Part shown: piece after piece, positions 49,151-62,619 of the stretch
How the letters are laid out: each line of letters opens with the position of its first letter
How positions within the stretch are numbered: the first letter of the stretch is position 1
Origin: Glaucostegus cemiculus
Lineage: Eukaryota
NCBI GenBank assembly: GCA_976551045.1
Contig: CDPCPM010000056.1
Location: 21,328,001 to 21,392,000 of the forward strand
DNA length: 64,000 nt
Direction: 5' to 3'
Notes under the pieces: model-generated
Database searches by the model: none
What the model was told of the DNA's origin: nothing
What the model saw: only the letters and a program-made list of their open reading frames with translations
Translations under genes and position numbers: made by a program

Positions 49151-49829
49151 TTTATTTTGCTTTTATATTATTGGATGGATAAATAAATTGGAGTAGATTT
49201 TCAGTAGATAAAGGATCGGCAGGCATACAGTTAAAGCAACATTAATCTGAACTGAACAAAATGCAAGAGAATTTGAAGGCATACGACAGGAGATACAACT
49301 TTACTGGGTTCTGCCAAAGCAGACTACGAAGAGCTTAGTTGGCCAATATCATTATATGCACCTGTGGGGTCAGGAAGGGTATGATTACATTTGCTGGGCC
49401 TTCACGTCTGTCCTTCTTTTAATTCAGTTCTTGTCAGTAATTCAGCAACAAAGACATAAAGAGCAATGAGTGCAGTAATGAAGTCATTAATAAAGAGTTC
49501 TGCTTTTGTGCTCTTCAGAAACTGGGAATTGAGGTACATTGTTAAAGTATTATTGATCATTTAAATTACTAACTATTTCCAGTACCTTAGAGAATGTGTA
49601 AGAGAGATGCTTAGACATGGTGTAAGAAGTCCTGGTTGATGAATTTAAACATTATGCCTGAACAGTGGGCATGATCCCTCTCAACTGAGATAACACATGG
49701 ACATTTGCCAAGAGGCAGCATGTATGATTCAACTGAAAGAGTAAACAATGAAACAAATAAAACTGCCAAGCCTCTCGGGTTCCAGGCAAGGAAACTGAAT
49801 AAAGAATGGAAAAAGTGGTAGGAAGAGTT

Positions 49830-50137
49830 TACACTTGGGTTACAAATGCCCAACTTATGGATGCTCCCTATATACGAAGGAGCTCCCATAATATTACTAA
49901 ATTCAAATGTCCAACATTCATTCCTATAAATGCCTGAACTAGTTTCCTCTCTCACTGCACTTTTAGTAATTGTTCTTTCTTATCAGTATCATATGTTTTT
50001 GATGCCATTCATCACAATACTGTGGATGTATAATTACCATATCAAGGGACATCAGTATACTTTCTGATTTATGGACAAAATTGACCTATGGATGTCTGTA
50101 AAAATGGAACCTGTTTATTGCCTGGGGACAGCCTTAC
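49830..50137 (-). mobile_element. Tigger-like MITE, copy 3
   Basis: Reverse complement of the 1890 copy: tgtttttgatgccattcat…ttctgatttatggacaaaattgac…aatggaacc…cctggggacagcc. Confidence 0.7.
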
Positions 50138-50419
50138 AGTTGAGCTGGCTATGGCACATAAACAAGACAAAAGTAGAGATGGTACTGCATCCCAGTGGTC
50201 ACATAGGGATGGAATTATATCATAAAGGAAAACCCAGAATTTAGACTCTGGAGAATGCAGTCAATGCATCATAAGCACAATACAATCCACCAAGAAATGA
50301 TTCATGCAACCAGATGCAGACTTCGTAACAATATAATTTCTTATACTTTCTTAGCAGAATGAAAATCATTAGCAGATAATTGAAAATTCAACAGATTTAA
50401 AGCACCCACTCATCAGAGA

Positions 50420-50770
50420 TCGGTAATTTGTATTTGGTTTATTATTGTCACATGCACCAAGGTACAGTGAAAAGCTTTAGTTTGCATGCCACCCAGACAG
50501 ATCATTCCATGCATAAGTACATCAAGGTAGTACAAAAGGAAAAAAACAGAATGCAGAATATAATGTTACAGTTACCGAGAAAGTGCAGCACAGATAAACA
50601 AATAAGGTGCACAGCCATGACAAGGTAGATTGAGAGATCAACAGTTCACCTTTATTGTACAAGAGGTCCATTCAAGAGTCTTAAAATAGCAGGGTAGAAG
50701 CTGTCCGTGAGCCTGGTGGAACATGTTCTCAAGGTTTTGTATTGTCTGCCCAATGGGAGGGATGAGAAGT
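50420..50770 (-). mobile_element. Rex1/Babar-like LINE 3' end
   Basis: ggtttattattgtcacatg…agcagggtagaagctgtcc is the reverse complement of the 13490 and 18680 copies. Confidence 0.8.
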
Positions 50771-50774
50771 GGTG

Positions 50775-50995
50775 GGTGCCTGGAATGTGCAGCCAGGAGT
50801 GGTGGTGGAGGTAGATAGGATAGAGGCAATATAAAAGGCTCTTAGATAGGCATATGAATATGCAGAGAATGGAAGGCCATGGACCATGTGCAGGCAGAAG
50901 GGATTAGTGTAATTAGGCATCATTAGTTTAATTAGTTTGGCACAACATCGCGGGCTGAGAGGTCTGTTCCTGTGCTCTACTGTTTATGTTCTATG
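50775..50995 (+). mobile_element. CR1 3' end
   Basis: ggtggtggaggtagatagg…cttagataggcatatg…gggctgagaggtctgttcctgtgctctactgtttatgttctatg. Confidence 0.8.
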
Positions 50996-51869
50996 AAAAG
51001 ACCAATGTGAACATCAATCCAATATAGGGCTGCTGCCATTATGTTCCCCCAGTGGTGAACTAAGTCAAAATGGAGGCAAAAATTTAAAAAGCTATGATTA
51101 TCTATAATGCAGTTATAGGGTAATGGTTTTCCAAACTGAAGATGCAAGGCACATTAAACCGGAAAACAAAAGCGAATGGGAGTCTTCCCTATTTAACAAT
51201 GAGAAACCATTTGGCACAAATCTAGATGATTCAAGCATAGGATTTTCTGACCACTGTGAAAAGAGCCGAGTAGCAAGGCAGGAGCATTAATCGTTATATG
51301 GTTCTGCAAACTCAGGTGGGAGGCCAAATGCCTAACACTGCCCCATGGACCAGCTATTCAGCAACTCAACTGCTCAGCTCTCCCAGGACTGGAGCAGAGG
51401 TCAACCAAGCAGACCTCAGATATCCAAGAAATTAATTCAGATGTTTTAAATGCAGTGAGGTAAGTCACAAATCAAACAGCACTGATCTTTTAGGAGTAGA
51501 GCTACAGAAACCCAGAGGCCACATAAGCTTGTAAGGGAATAGATGGGCAGTTCGGTGATGACTGTTGATGTAGATCGATTAAGTCATTAAAGCAATTTAT
51601 CCATGGCAGACACAAATTTGGAACATAGGCTTAGTGGACGTCTGCTGTCTATATTAAATTTAAACCGTAAAATTGCAACTATTTGAGTACAAAAGATTCC
51701 AGTTAAATAACATTTGATAAGTGCATTTTGATATGTCAAAACACAAGCCTTTCAGTTCACTGAAAGGAATTCCAAATCTCATCGAGCTCAGTTACCCTTC
51801 TGCTATGTAGACATTAAAGTCATTTGTCTGCAAATAGGTCCTAATTTCTAATTACATATAGCTGAATGC

Positions 51870-52050
51870 AAAGCAAAATGTTACAAATGCTGGAAATGTG
51901 AAATAAAACAGAAAATGCTGAAAGTATTCAGCAAGTCAGGCAGCTGTGGAAAGAGAAACTTTGTCCTGTCCTGATGAAACATTGTCAAACTAACGTATTA
52001 ACTGTTTTCTTCTCTGCCTGACCTGCCATGTATTTCCAATATTATTTATT
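51870..52050. repeat. Palindromic Penelope-type terminal repeat
   Basis: acagaaaatgctgaaagtattcagcaagtcaggcagc … inverted tgcctgacctgccatgtatttcca. Confidence 0.7.
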
Positions 52051-52309
52051 TAATTGCATGCAGCTAAATATCATATAAATATATAATCAATAGATTGTAT
52101 GCAGCCATTTGGACATTCTTTCATCTCATCTTGACAGATTAAACTTCTTATTATAGAAGACATCGCATTATAGCCTATTTAAAATCACAGAAGGATCTTC
52201 CACATTGAACCATATCTCCTGTGAGAAGAAGCCCACCAAATTATTGGAAGACTATAAAGGGTAGGGACAAAGGTGTAAAAGGTTTAAGATTTGACATTAA
52301 CTTTTCTCC

Positions 52310-52990
52310 TTTTGGAATCACACAATAAAACAGCACAGAGGGAGGCCATTCACCCCATCATGAGTGTACCAGCTCTTTGAAAATGCTGCCAATTAGATAA
52401 GAACGACAATTAGACAAGAGGCAGGAGTAGGCTATTCAGCCCCTTGCACCCGCTCCACCAATCAATCAGATCACAGCTGATCTTTTACCTCAGTGCCACT
52501 TTCCTGTACTGAGCCTATATTCCTTGATTCTATTAATATCCAAAAATATAACAGTCTTTCTCTTGAAAACACACAGCAGCTGAACATCAACAGCACTGTA
52601 GGAACAAGAAATTCAGGATTCACTATCCTAGAAATTTCATCTCTTCTCCATTCCAAATAGCCAACCCCTTATTTTGAGACTGTAATCTTTAGTCTGAGGC
52701 ACCCTAGACAAGGGAAACATCATCCTTTCATAGCAGCTGTAAAACTTTGTATGCTTCAATTAAATTATCTCTCGCTCTTCTAATCTCTGGAAAGTAAAAA
52801 CCCAGCCAGCCTAGTTTCCCCTCAAAGGTCATTTCCCATTTGCAGAGATCAGTTTGGTGAACCTTCATTGCACTCCTTCTATTGCAAATTTATCCTTCCT
52901 TAGAGGACTGTACATAATGTTCCAAGTGCAGTCTCACCAGGGCCTTGTATTATTGCAGCAAGACTTCTTATTGTCTACAGTTTGCAATAT
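52310..52990 (-). mobile_element. Two adjacent CR1 3' remnants
   Basis: cagcacagagggaggccattcacccc; caggagtaggctattcagcccc…ggtgaaccttcattgcactcc…tccaagtgcagtctcacc. Confidence 0.75.
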
Positions 52991-55183
52991 CCCTTTGTCT
53001 GCTAATTCTTTCTTTTCAAATATGCAGCCAATTCACTTTCTCTTTCTCTATCGGCTAGCAAATATATTCTTAAGCTAACTTTGTTCTGAAAGCTCCACAT
53101 GTAAGCTGTTCACCAGGGTATCATTGCAACATATCTTTCTGGTCTCTTTCTCTTAATATGTAATATATGTTGCATTCAGCCAAGCTCCAATTCAGTGGAG
53201 CTTCATGGTTTCTGGACTGAGCACCAATACATCTCTCTGCCCTTGTTAAAAATAAAACATAAGGAATTTTCTCCTTCAGTGTCCTTGCACTCATTGGGAA
53301 CTCATGTTTGGAAAATAAGGTTCACTTCCCAGTATCTTCCACTATTAAAATTCATGGTAGCAAATCATTTGCTTGAGGTGGACAATTTCTCAATAGTTAA
53401 TTCCTAATGCTTTAAGGATAAAATGAAACAGAAAAAAATCTCATGTGCATATGTTAGTAGAGACCTCTGGTTGAATGATTAGAAGTTGCCCATCATGCTC
53501 ATTCATCGTTTGTAGAAGTCCATATTGAAGTGTAACATTTCTTAGAAAACTAGTTGTTGGATTCAACAGCTCACCATAGAGTAATGAAACCTGTGGTAGG
53601 TTTTAGCATGACCTTTTCATCTCTGGAACGTGAAAAATCCAAGACAGATGTCTGGAATAAAAATGTTCTTTAAGGCTACCTGCAAGCCATAACTCTCCAT
53701 AAATATGAACTAATCTCAGCAAGTGTGGCCAAGTAGGAATACATGGTGTTAAAAAATCAATTTATTAAAGCAAATGGTTTTGGGACTGAGGGCGGACCAT
53801 GGAGATTATGTGGACTGAAGTGTAGTCGGGTTCAGTTATGCTTCATTTGAAAACCATATATTGTTCAACATAGTTTTATCTTGCTGAATTTTAGCTGAGG
53901 AGAGAGAATGCCCTTTGAAGAACTGCCCAGGGTCCAGCTTGTGGGCTGCACTCATAGGAGTTGGCTGGCTGGCTGATCTTACAGAAGAGGCAGCTGAAGT
54001 CCTCATTTGATACTGAGCATACCTGCATTAACGGTCAGATTTCCTGTTCATGATCACTTTCCCAGCCACTAAGGCTGGAAGCATCTTAATATAGAATCCA
54101 GGTGATGTGCCCTGCTGTCAACCTACCTTCAGACACAAAGAACCAAAGCTTACTATATGTGAACACTGCATTTTGTGTCCAGAGTATTGCCTGTGGAATC
54201 TTACCTTCAAAGGAATCAGTATTCACAGAGAAGTAAGAGAAAGGAGGAATAGGCAGAGGATTTTTTGAGGAAAATGAAAACTTAGATATATTACCAGAAT
54301 AAATTTTAAGCAGTGCCTATCCATCAAGTTGGTAAGTTCATAAATTTTGGGTGCTATGTAACAAAATCATGTTAAATATTCTCTATGCCGTTAATTCTTT
54401 TTATAAAGCATTTGGTTAGTTATAAAGAAGTACATATGATCCACTACTTTTTTCAAAAATGAAATTGATGTTTTAATTTTTTTATATGTAATTTCACCCA
54501 CTTAAGCTTAAATTAGTCCATGAGTTATAAGCAAGAAAAAGCCTCAGATCCAGAGAATAGGAGGTTATATTTGTAAAAAATGTAAGTGCTTTTGTTAATT
54601 CCCCTTTAAAGACCTTTGACATGAATATTCTCAAAGCGACAGCAAATTCAGGAAAAGATTTCTGCAATAAAGGTTACAGTAGCTGCCAAAAGTTAGTTGT
54701 CTCATGGTGCTGCATTTTAACACTTTATTCTTACACAGGATTGATGACGGCCTGCGATTATTTTCTGATCCTTAATCCCACTCTGAAGGCAGCTGAAAGT
54801 CCTTGAAGAGTGCTTGTTTAACAAGGACTTAATTCTAACTTAACTAGAAATGAAGCACTCCAGGGACTGGACCGTTCTCATGTCAGTTAAAAGGTTCTTT
54901 TCCTCAGTCTCTTTCTTGTCTTCTCTCTTTCCTTGAGCTATTGCTACTTATATATCCTGTGACTTATTTCTTTCATCTCCTCATCTGAAATATTATATAA
55001 TTCTTAGTTTTTCAGTTGCCTTTTACCTTTGCACTTTGCTTATTTCTTGAATGTAAATTTATTGTTTTTTTCTGTTTCTGTTCTCTCTATTCTTCTTCAT
55101 TCTATTTTCCTTCTTGTTATTTCACTCACTTCCATCCACTTCTTCTTCGACTCACATTTTAACATTTGCTCAGGCTCACTTAC

Positions 55184-55229
55184 CTTCACAGTCCCTTGGA
55201 GTGTGTTGTCCTTCAACATGGAATGCTTA
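55184..55229 (-). CDS. RNF220: RNF220 coding exon, 46 nt, (S)KHSMLKDNTLQGTVK
   Basis: Acceptor tttcctgtttcttcaacag| and donor AAG|gtaagt. Phase 2 in, phase 0 out. Length and sequence fit the recalled mammalian exon SKNSLLKDAMAPGTPK. Too short for the ORF track. Confidence 0.85.
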
Positions 55230-58200
55230 CTGTTGAAGAAACAGGAAATAATTATTTCATTTTATTGCAGTTCATATCTTGCACATAGTTCCAGTTAATT
55301 TTCTGCATGAGTAATATTACAACATGCTAACAGATTTTGTTATTCATTATATTACCTGGCATTATCGTTTTTAAATCTCCCCTAGGTGCAAACTGTTGCA
55401 AAGTGCACTGTAATTATTTGCATGTTGTGCAAAATAATCAAATGTGTGTTTTGGCAGATTCTGTATAACACATCACACAATAAATTGCATCTCATCTGAA
55501 AGCACATCAGCTGTCCAATTGCATACTTGTCAAAGTGACATTACTTCTGTTTAGCAGAAGGAAAGAAAAATTGGAACTCAACATTATCGACATCTAGAGC
55601 TGTGCAACATTTTTACAAATGTATCAAACTTCCAGGGTATTTAAAATAGATTTAGCAGGCAAAGTTGTGAATTGCATTATAAAGGTCAGTTATCACATTG
55701 ATTTAGAGGTCTGTGCAATATTACTTTGAGTCATTTGATAGCACATTAAAAGAGATAGCATCCTTTCTATTGCCACCTCTGGGATCTAACTAAAAGCAAT
55801 TCAAGGAAAAGTATATAATCTGCTTAACATAAATGGTTTGGGCCTATGATTCTCCACAAAAAGAATTACTGAGCTGACGGAGATGCATGGAAACATCCAT
55901 AGCCTCTCCACATGAAGAGGACACTTGCTTTGATACCTCTTAACAGGCATATACTGCTCAATAGCAGATTGTAACATTTTTCACAAACAGGACGACAGAA
56001 CATTCATCCTGCCCCTCTTCAATTTGATGCTATTGTCTGCTCCTTGTACCCTTTATTTATCCTTGTGATTATTGGGGAAGAATGTTAGTAACCTTTGAAA
56101 ATTGCTTGAATAATCAAATAAATATGAAATAAAGTTGAATGAAGATTTCTATGTCAAACAAAAGTTGTTATTATTCCAGTTGCCATTCCCATCACCCTCT
56201 AACCTCTGCCATTGCCACTTCATCCCTTCCCCCCACCACCCTAAAAAGTCACTCTATTGATTAGTTGTGCAAACAGTAACTGGTCACTATTATCTATCTA
56301 TACTTCAATCCCGATTTTCCAGGGAAACGTATGGTGCAACAATAGAAAGAATACAATTTAACCATCATATTGATCATTCCCAGTTTAACTGGCAAGAGGA
56401 ACAGGGAACATGTCTGGAGAGATCATGAAGTTAACAACAATTGTAATTAAAAATCATTTTTAGAAATTACCTTCATCTGGAGGACTATAGTAAGGTTGTT
56501 TTTTTTCCAAAATGTCTATCAAATATATTCATTACGTGAGATTCAGGTGGTGACATCTTTTCAATACTATACATTTCAGTTATTTGATAGCATTTTACAA
56601 GATATATAAATGATTTCATTTATTTTCTTATTGTCTTTTCTATCCCAAGGTTACAAGGAGGTGATCTGGTACCCACAAGCATTCCTCCACCAGTTCTGTC
56701 CTGAAGCCAGCTGCTGGGAGATTCCAAGATTAACTGAACTTCCTTCCTTCCCTCTGTTGGGCACCTGATGACAGGCCTAAGACTGGAACGTAGTTCTTTC
56801 AGGAACTAAAAGTGTAAAACCTTTTCTTATTATTCCATGGTACAGCACATTAGCTAGAGCATGGCCAGGCTCTACAATCACACCATACTTTATTATCACG
56901 GATAATTTACTGCTGTTAGAGGGACTGTACAAACAATAGATGTGATGATATTTTTACTCATTGTGATTGTAATTTGGCCTGTTAAAAATGTGCAATCTGC
57001 CAAAAACAAATTCAATTAATAGGAATAAACAGCTGAAGTAATTCAGCTAATAGGCTGCAGAGAGGTGGTGGTTTGGGATATTCATTTTTTTATTCATTTA
57101 GGACAAGAGCAGCATTCATTTATCAAGTATTCATATATATCATTACAGTAATAATAATGACAGAATACACTATACTCTAAATTACTACCCATTTTGACTA
57201 TTATACTCCATTATGTAGATAAAAAAGTGCCATCTCCAGATATATTAATTTCCCTCAATTCCAACATTTTCAATATTCAATTCTTATATCAGCTCAACTT
57301 TTAAAGGTGATTATTTTCTTCTCAACATACTGTAAATCAATACTGTTAAAAGGGAACTTATGCTATTTGCTTCCAGGCCTCCTAATGAATGTGATAGTGA
57401 CTTCAGTTTTTCTAAATGGGGATAGTGCTTGCTTTCCTTTAGTACCTCTACGCTGCAACATGGTTAAGTATGCAGTAGGGGAAACTGGTGGGGGGGAGGA
57501 TACATGGACCCTGGTTGTGATGGTAGTGCAAGACACAGAGCTAATGATGCATTTCCCTGTAGAAAATTTAAACATTGCTGTGCTTTCATCTCTAAGTGTC
57601 ACCATTCAGTAAACATACCTCAAGACAAACAATGCAGGAGACATTTGCTAATTATTTTCTGTGAGAAGTTACCATAAAACCTGCAAGAGAAATGCCTAAG
57701 ATTATTTCACCTTTACCTCCCATCTTAAGCTCTAACTGGTCTTTGTAGTGACTCCTTGTCTAAAAAATGGGATTAGGAATTCACAGGCACCAATCTTATG
57801 TCTTACTACTTGCATGTTCACTGAAATACTCCATCACTGCAACTCACAGAAGATGACAGCAAAATAAGTGTGGGTCTACAGTAATAATGCATTGAATTCA
57901 CAAATATTCCCCAAGAATTATCTTACTTCTTTGGAAAATTTATGGATGAATTTCTGTGGGTTGGAGGTGTTATCAGAGAGGAGAATAGTATTCAGACTCT
58001 CCCAAAACTGCCTTTCCCAATAATATTTCCATCCTTTTCATGCATGCACACAGCTAAAAATTTACAGACTGCAAAGCACTGCACAATTAACAAACACCAA
58101 AGACGTGTACAAAATACTATAATAATGGCAAACAGATAGATGTGTGTGACAGATTGTGACATTGCATATTTGGAAGTGTTCAGGGAACCTTTTTTATTAG

Positions 58201-60539
58201 TTTTCTATAAAACAGATAGAATGTATTAATCTACATTGTAGCTATGAAGAATTTCTTATTAATTACCCTGAAGTAAAACTGTTCAATTATACATTTAAAT
58301 TATTGAAGTTTCAATCTAATCTCTTATGAAATTTCTCCTTTTAGACAAGTTCAATTTGAAACAATTGTACAGCTTTAGAAAATGAGTTGAAAATAAATTT
58401 TTTATTAAAGTAATTATACAATGGCAGAAGTAGATCATTCTTTAACAAATGAAAACAGACCAATGAGAAGTAATGATTTCTTTTGTCACATCAAATTTGT
58501 AACTGTTTTCTCTTTCTTTTCTCATTATAGCACTTAACTGTTCAAAGATGTAGATGCTGGTATGTACATCTATCAACTTATGAATATATTGTACAAAAAT
58601 TACATACTTATAGTGCCAAAGCCATCAGCCTCAGGGGCAAAGCAGCTTACTATAAAGGCCAGATCTTAACTGCATCCGCCTTGCAACTTTGGGAATGACT
58701 GATTATAAGACAGCAAGTATTAAAAAGCATTGCTAAGCGCTGGTCGCCAATAAGGGAAGACAGATCAAATCATATCTGTGCTGCAGACACTAATATCCTA
58801 GGCTGCAAACAGGGACATCAATAAATTTTTATGAGACTTTGAAAAGATCAACACAGTAGATGTGACAAAAAACAATGCTCCTGTCATGTTCAGTTTGTCC
58901 ACAGCGCTCAGCCGCAGCCGCCTAAGAGTATGTCAGTGGAGCAAAATTTAATTTTACAAGATTAAATCCACCTTCATTGGCAGATGGCCGGATGCCTTGA
59001 AATGAGCACTGAAGGTGTTTCTTGAAGGCATGCGGTGCTAAGCTCCTCTAGGACATTATGCTTTAAAACAGCACTCAAACCAAAGGGACAGAAAGAAGCT
59101 GTTAATACAAAACAACCCTAATATAATAAATGCGTCATAGAAGTGGAGGCTATAATTGAGATGGAGGAAGGGAGAAAGAGTGAAGGAAGAGTGATCCCTG
59201 ATATAAAGTGCACTTGGAATTCCTTGCTTCCCTACTCCCCATTTCCCACTAATGCTTCCTGTTTTTTGTTCCATATATATGATGCAGCCCATGTGGATCT
59301 TTTTGTCTTTCTTATAATCCAGTTTGCTGGAGTTAAGGAAATAAAATCCCCAATTCGCATACTTCTAAAGGAGCAGAGGGTTTACATCCTCCCAGTAACA
59401 ATGAGAAGTCAAAAAGAGAGTAACAGTTTGACAAAAAACAAGAAAAGATAATAAGTGGAGCAAACAGAAAAGGCAGATTATCTTTTTTTCTATGGTGTTG
59501 TTGTGAAACCCTGAAAACTGTATAGTTGAAGAGGAGAATAAAAAGATCATTCTACACTATCTGGGAGGTGATGTCAACACTTCTGATAATTAATCTGCTG
59601 GAAACAGAGGGACAGATTGTACTGATTGTTAGAATTCAGCTTTTTGTGAATGTCTATAAAAGCCTGTTATGTATTTTGTCTAATAATGTCAATGATGCTC
59701 TGTGTACAACAGATCAAAGGTAACCCAATTAAAAATGATAATGGGTTTCTTCAACCTTTTGGGTGCTGATCAGCCTTCACAAACTCACATTCTCAAGTCA
59801 ATAAATTCTACAAGAAAGGGAAAAATCCTGTACTTAGTTTTCTGTTTTTTTCATTTTATCAGGGAAATTATTGACTTGCTTGAAGCACTGCTGAGTGAAG
59901 AAGAAATGATTAATTGAAAACCACAAATGTTCAATGCGTAACCAATTGAATAATTGGATTTTGAACTGAAAGTTTCATATTCAGCAATTCTCCGCCTACT
60001 TATAATACAAGAGTGGAAATGAACAGCAGCACTTTCAGCCACTTTCCTTAAATTATTTTCTGTATTGTTGTCCTTTTCTCTCAGGGTGAAGTGAAGCCAC
60101 AGCCCCAGAAACATAGCTCAATTTCAAGTGCTTAAGTCCCTGTTGAATTCAACAAGCTTCAGGCCCACTTTTGTTGTATAACAATACTGCAGTGTCCCGT
60201 TTCCGATGATCAATATCATTAACTTTCCAGTCAATTTTTTGCATTCAGAGTAAGCCACCTCGGGATCTCTGTAGCTAAGAGATCCCATAGGTCTAGAATG
60301 CACACACATACCATAATATTAACACAATGAGAACAGTGCAGCTCCACTACATTCCAAGAAACCAATAGAACCATAGAACCACGTAAGTTTACAGCACAGA
60401 AAGATACCATTTGGCTCTCTGATTCAAGGCTGGCACTTTGCAAATGTAATTCAAAACCAAATCCTCTGCTGCTCCTCCTTGTTTGCCCAATCTACCAAAT
60501 CGTGTCTTCCTGAAGTCTTTGCTCAAAGTTCCACAATGT

Positions 60540-61660
60540 TTGCCAAATAATCTGTTTGGTCATCAGTAAATATCAAGGTTACACTTGTTATAACTTCCTA
60601 TTACAACAGAGACAAATTCAGTGAAGACTCTTGCCAATCACCCCAAGACTATGTTATCGCTCCAACACTTCCCTCAATCTTGCACTCACAATGCTGCACC
60701 TCACCTTCAATGAAATTACTGCAGGAGTAATAAAATTTTTTAGAACTAGTGGGAAGTTATTCAGCCAATGACAACTCTACTGCAGAACCATGATCACCCC
60801 AAACTAAACAGTCATGGTGCAGATTGCAGATGACACTTGTGTTTGTGTCTGCTCGGAGGCTAAGTTCCCAGTCATCATTGATTTCTTCACCAAAGCATAT
60901 GAGAGGATGGGTTTTATTCTCTACATTCACCAGACAAAGGTAATTTACCAACTGGCTCCTGCTGTACAAAACTGTCCTCCAATAATAAATATTAATGGCA
61001 AGCAGAATCTTTGATCCATTGAGGAAATGTGTTTCTGAAGATCAAGAGCTCAAACCTGGTTATGGTTTACAAGGCTGCAGAGACCCCTGACCTCCTCTGT
61101 GCTTCTGAGATCTGGACCACCCACAGCAGGCTCTGGAAAGAAACCACAAAAGGTCTCTCTTTCAAATGGTTCAAATTCACTGGATGGACAGTGAACTAAC
61201 TTCAGTGCCTTCTCCATAATTATACCCAGTTGGCTCCATTGAGCAGGCTACAATGATTACATACCTATCAGCAGTCTCTCAAAACAGACACTGGGTTTCA
61301 AACTCTGTCACAGGAAAAGATTGCCAGGCAGATAGAGCAAAACATTCAAGGATATTCTCAAAGCCCCCTTGAAAAAATACAACATCTCCATTGGAATCTC
61401 TGGCCCATGATTGCTCAAGGTAGAGACAGACCGTTGAGAACAATATGGAGAACCGGGGGTCCCTGCATCAGGTGCATCCAGAAACACAGCTTAAAAACCT
61501 CACAAGCTACCCACTCACTCATCCTGTCAGGCACCTCCTACCCTGTCTGTTGCAGAGTATGTGGATCCCACATTAGCCTCATCAGACACCTAAGGCTGCT
61601 CAAAACGAGAGTGAAAGGCAAGTCATCCTTGATCCCAAGGGAATGCCTAAGAGAGATATG
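60540..61660 (+). mobile_element. RTE-clade (BovB-like) LINE 3' remnant
   Basis: QIADDTCV and LYIHQTKVIYQ (ORF 60814..61014), C-terminal CCHH finger CCRVCGSHISLIRHLR, and a 3' end caagtcatccttgatcccaagggaatgcctaag shared with the 16095 copy. Confidence 0.8.
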
Positions 61661-62200
61661 ACTTTCAACAATCTCCTGTAACGCCCAATCTTTGTTTCCT
61701 GTTCATTGACAAACTAGCTATCAGACTTCTATATTTTATCTTATTCTGCTTATCTATATTTTTTCAGTAAGACACTTCAGAGATACATTAGCAATACCTT
61801 CTGAAAATCCTTATGTATGACATTTACAGTAGTCCCTTTATCTATTCAATCAATAACATTTCTCTGTAACCTTTATTAAATTTGTGAAACCACTTGGTGT
61901 TAACAGATTTTTATTGGTTACCTTTGATTAAATCTGGTATTTCTTACTAACTGTGATCTCCAATAATGGATTATGAACTAATATTAAACAGATTCATGCT
62001 TGTTCTTTTCTTCCTCCATTAACAAGGGTGTTACATCAGTAACTTTTCCATGTCAAAACAACATTTGTATATTAAAGGAGAATTGAAAAGATCTAGTTAG
62101 TGCCCTGATCACGCTTATTTCTCTCAACAGCTGATAACATGGAATTAGGGCCAAGAGACTTTACCGTCTTGATCCATAATTCTTTTCTTCTGTTTTAACA
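61660..62200 (-). mobile_element. Highly decayed CR1 remnant
   Basis: agcaataccttctgaaaatcc (antisense DFQK..) and taaatttgtgaaac. Confidence 0.45.
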
Positions 62201-62619
62201 GCAACAGATGATGAATACGTTACAGTCTTTGCTTAGCAATCATTCTTCAATAGTCACATCAATTATTTGCCCCACTATTTTTTATTTTCTAAAACCAAAT
62301 CAGGATTTTTTTTTCTTTTTTCATGTATCCACAGTTTTTGCTTTATAAATACTTTTTCCTTTGCTGGACAAAAATGTCATGATCTAGGAAGCAGTCCTGA
62401 ATGCAACCTGAATACAATTTCCCATTTTGACTTTGTTATGGCTACAATACACATCTCTTTGTCATTATTACTGGCTCGAACTCCAATTGTTAAAAATTAT
62501 CTTGGCATTCACAATCCCGCTACACACAGTTTTGGAATAGTAACCTTAACTTTTTACCCCATTTTTATATCTCTTGCTCATTCTACAACAGTGCTTTAAA
62601 CCCCGTATTCTTATCCTTT

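Larger units (their letters stand above)
1565..55229 (-). other. RNF220: Internal portion of an RNF220-family gene (four coding exons and three large introns); gene inferred to continue beyond both window edges
   Basis: Four GT-AG-bounded exons in the correct order with compatible phases. The joined translation matches the recalled RNF220 middle region (…KREGESPTASP…HHSDRYQTFLRVR.NRQ.RLNARIGK…). Orthologue versus RNF220-like paralogue is not resolved. Confidence 0.93.

Noticed and set aside
54195-54260. Donor AAG|GTAAGA as the 46-nt RNF220 exon
   Set aside because: No suitable upstream AG acceptor or homologous peptide; the real exon is at 55184-55229.
57307-57612. Overlapping antiparallel ORFs (101 aa and 80 aa) as a small gene or exon
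   Set aside because: No recognisable homology and no convincing flanking splice sites or promoter.
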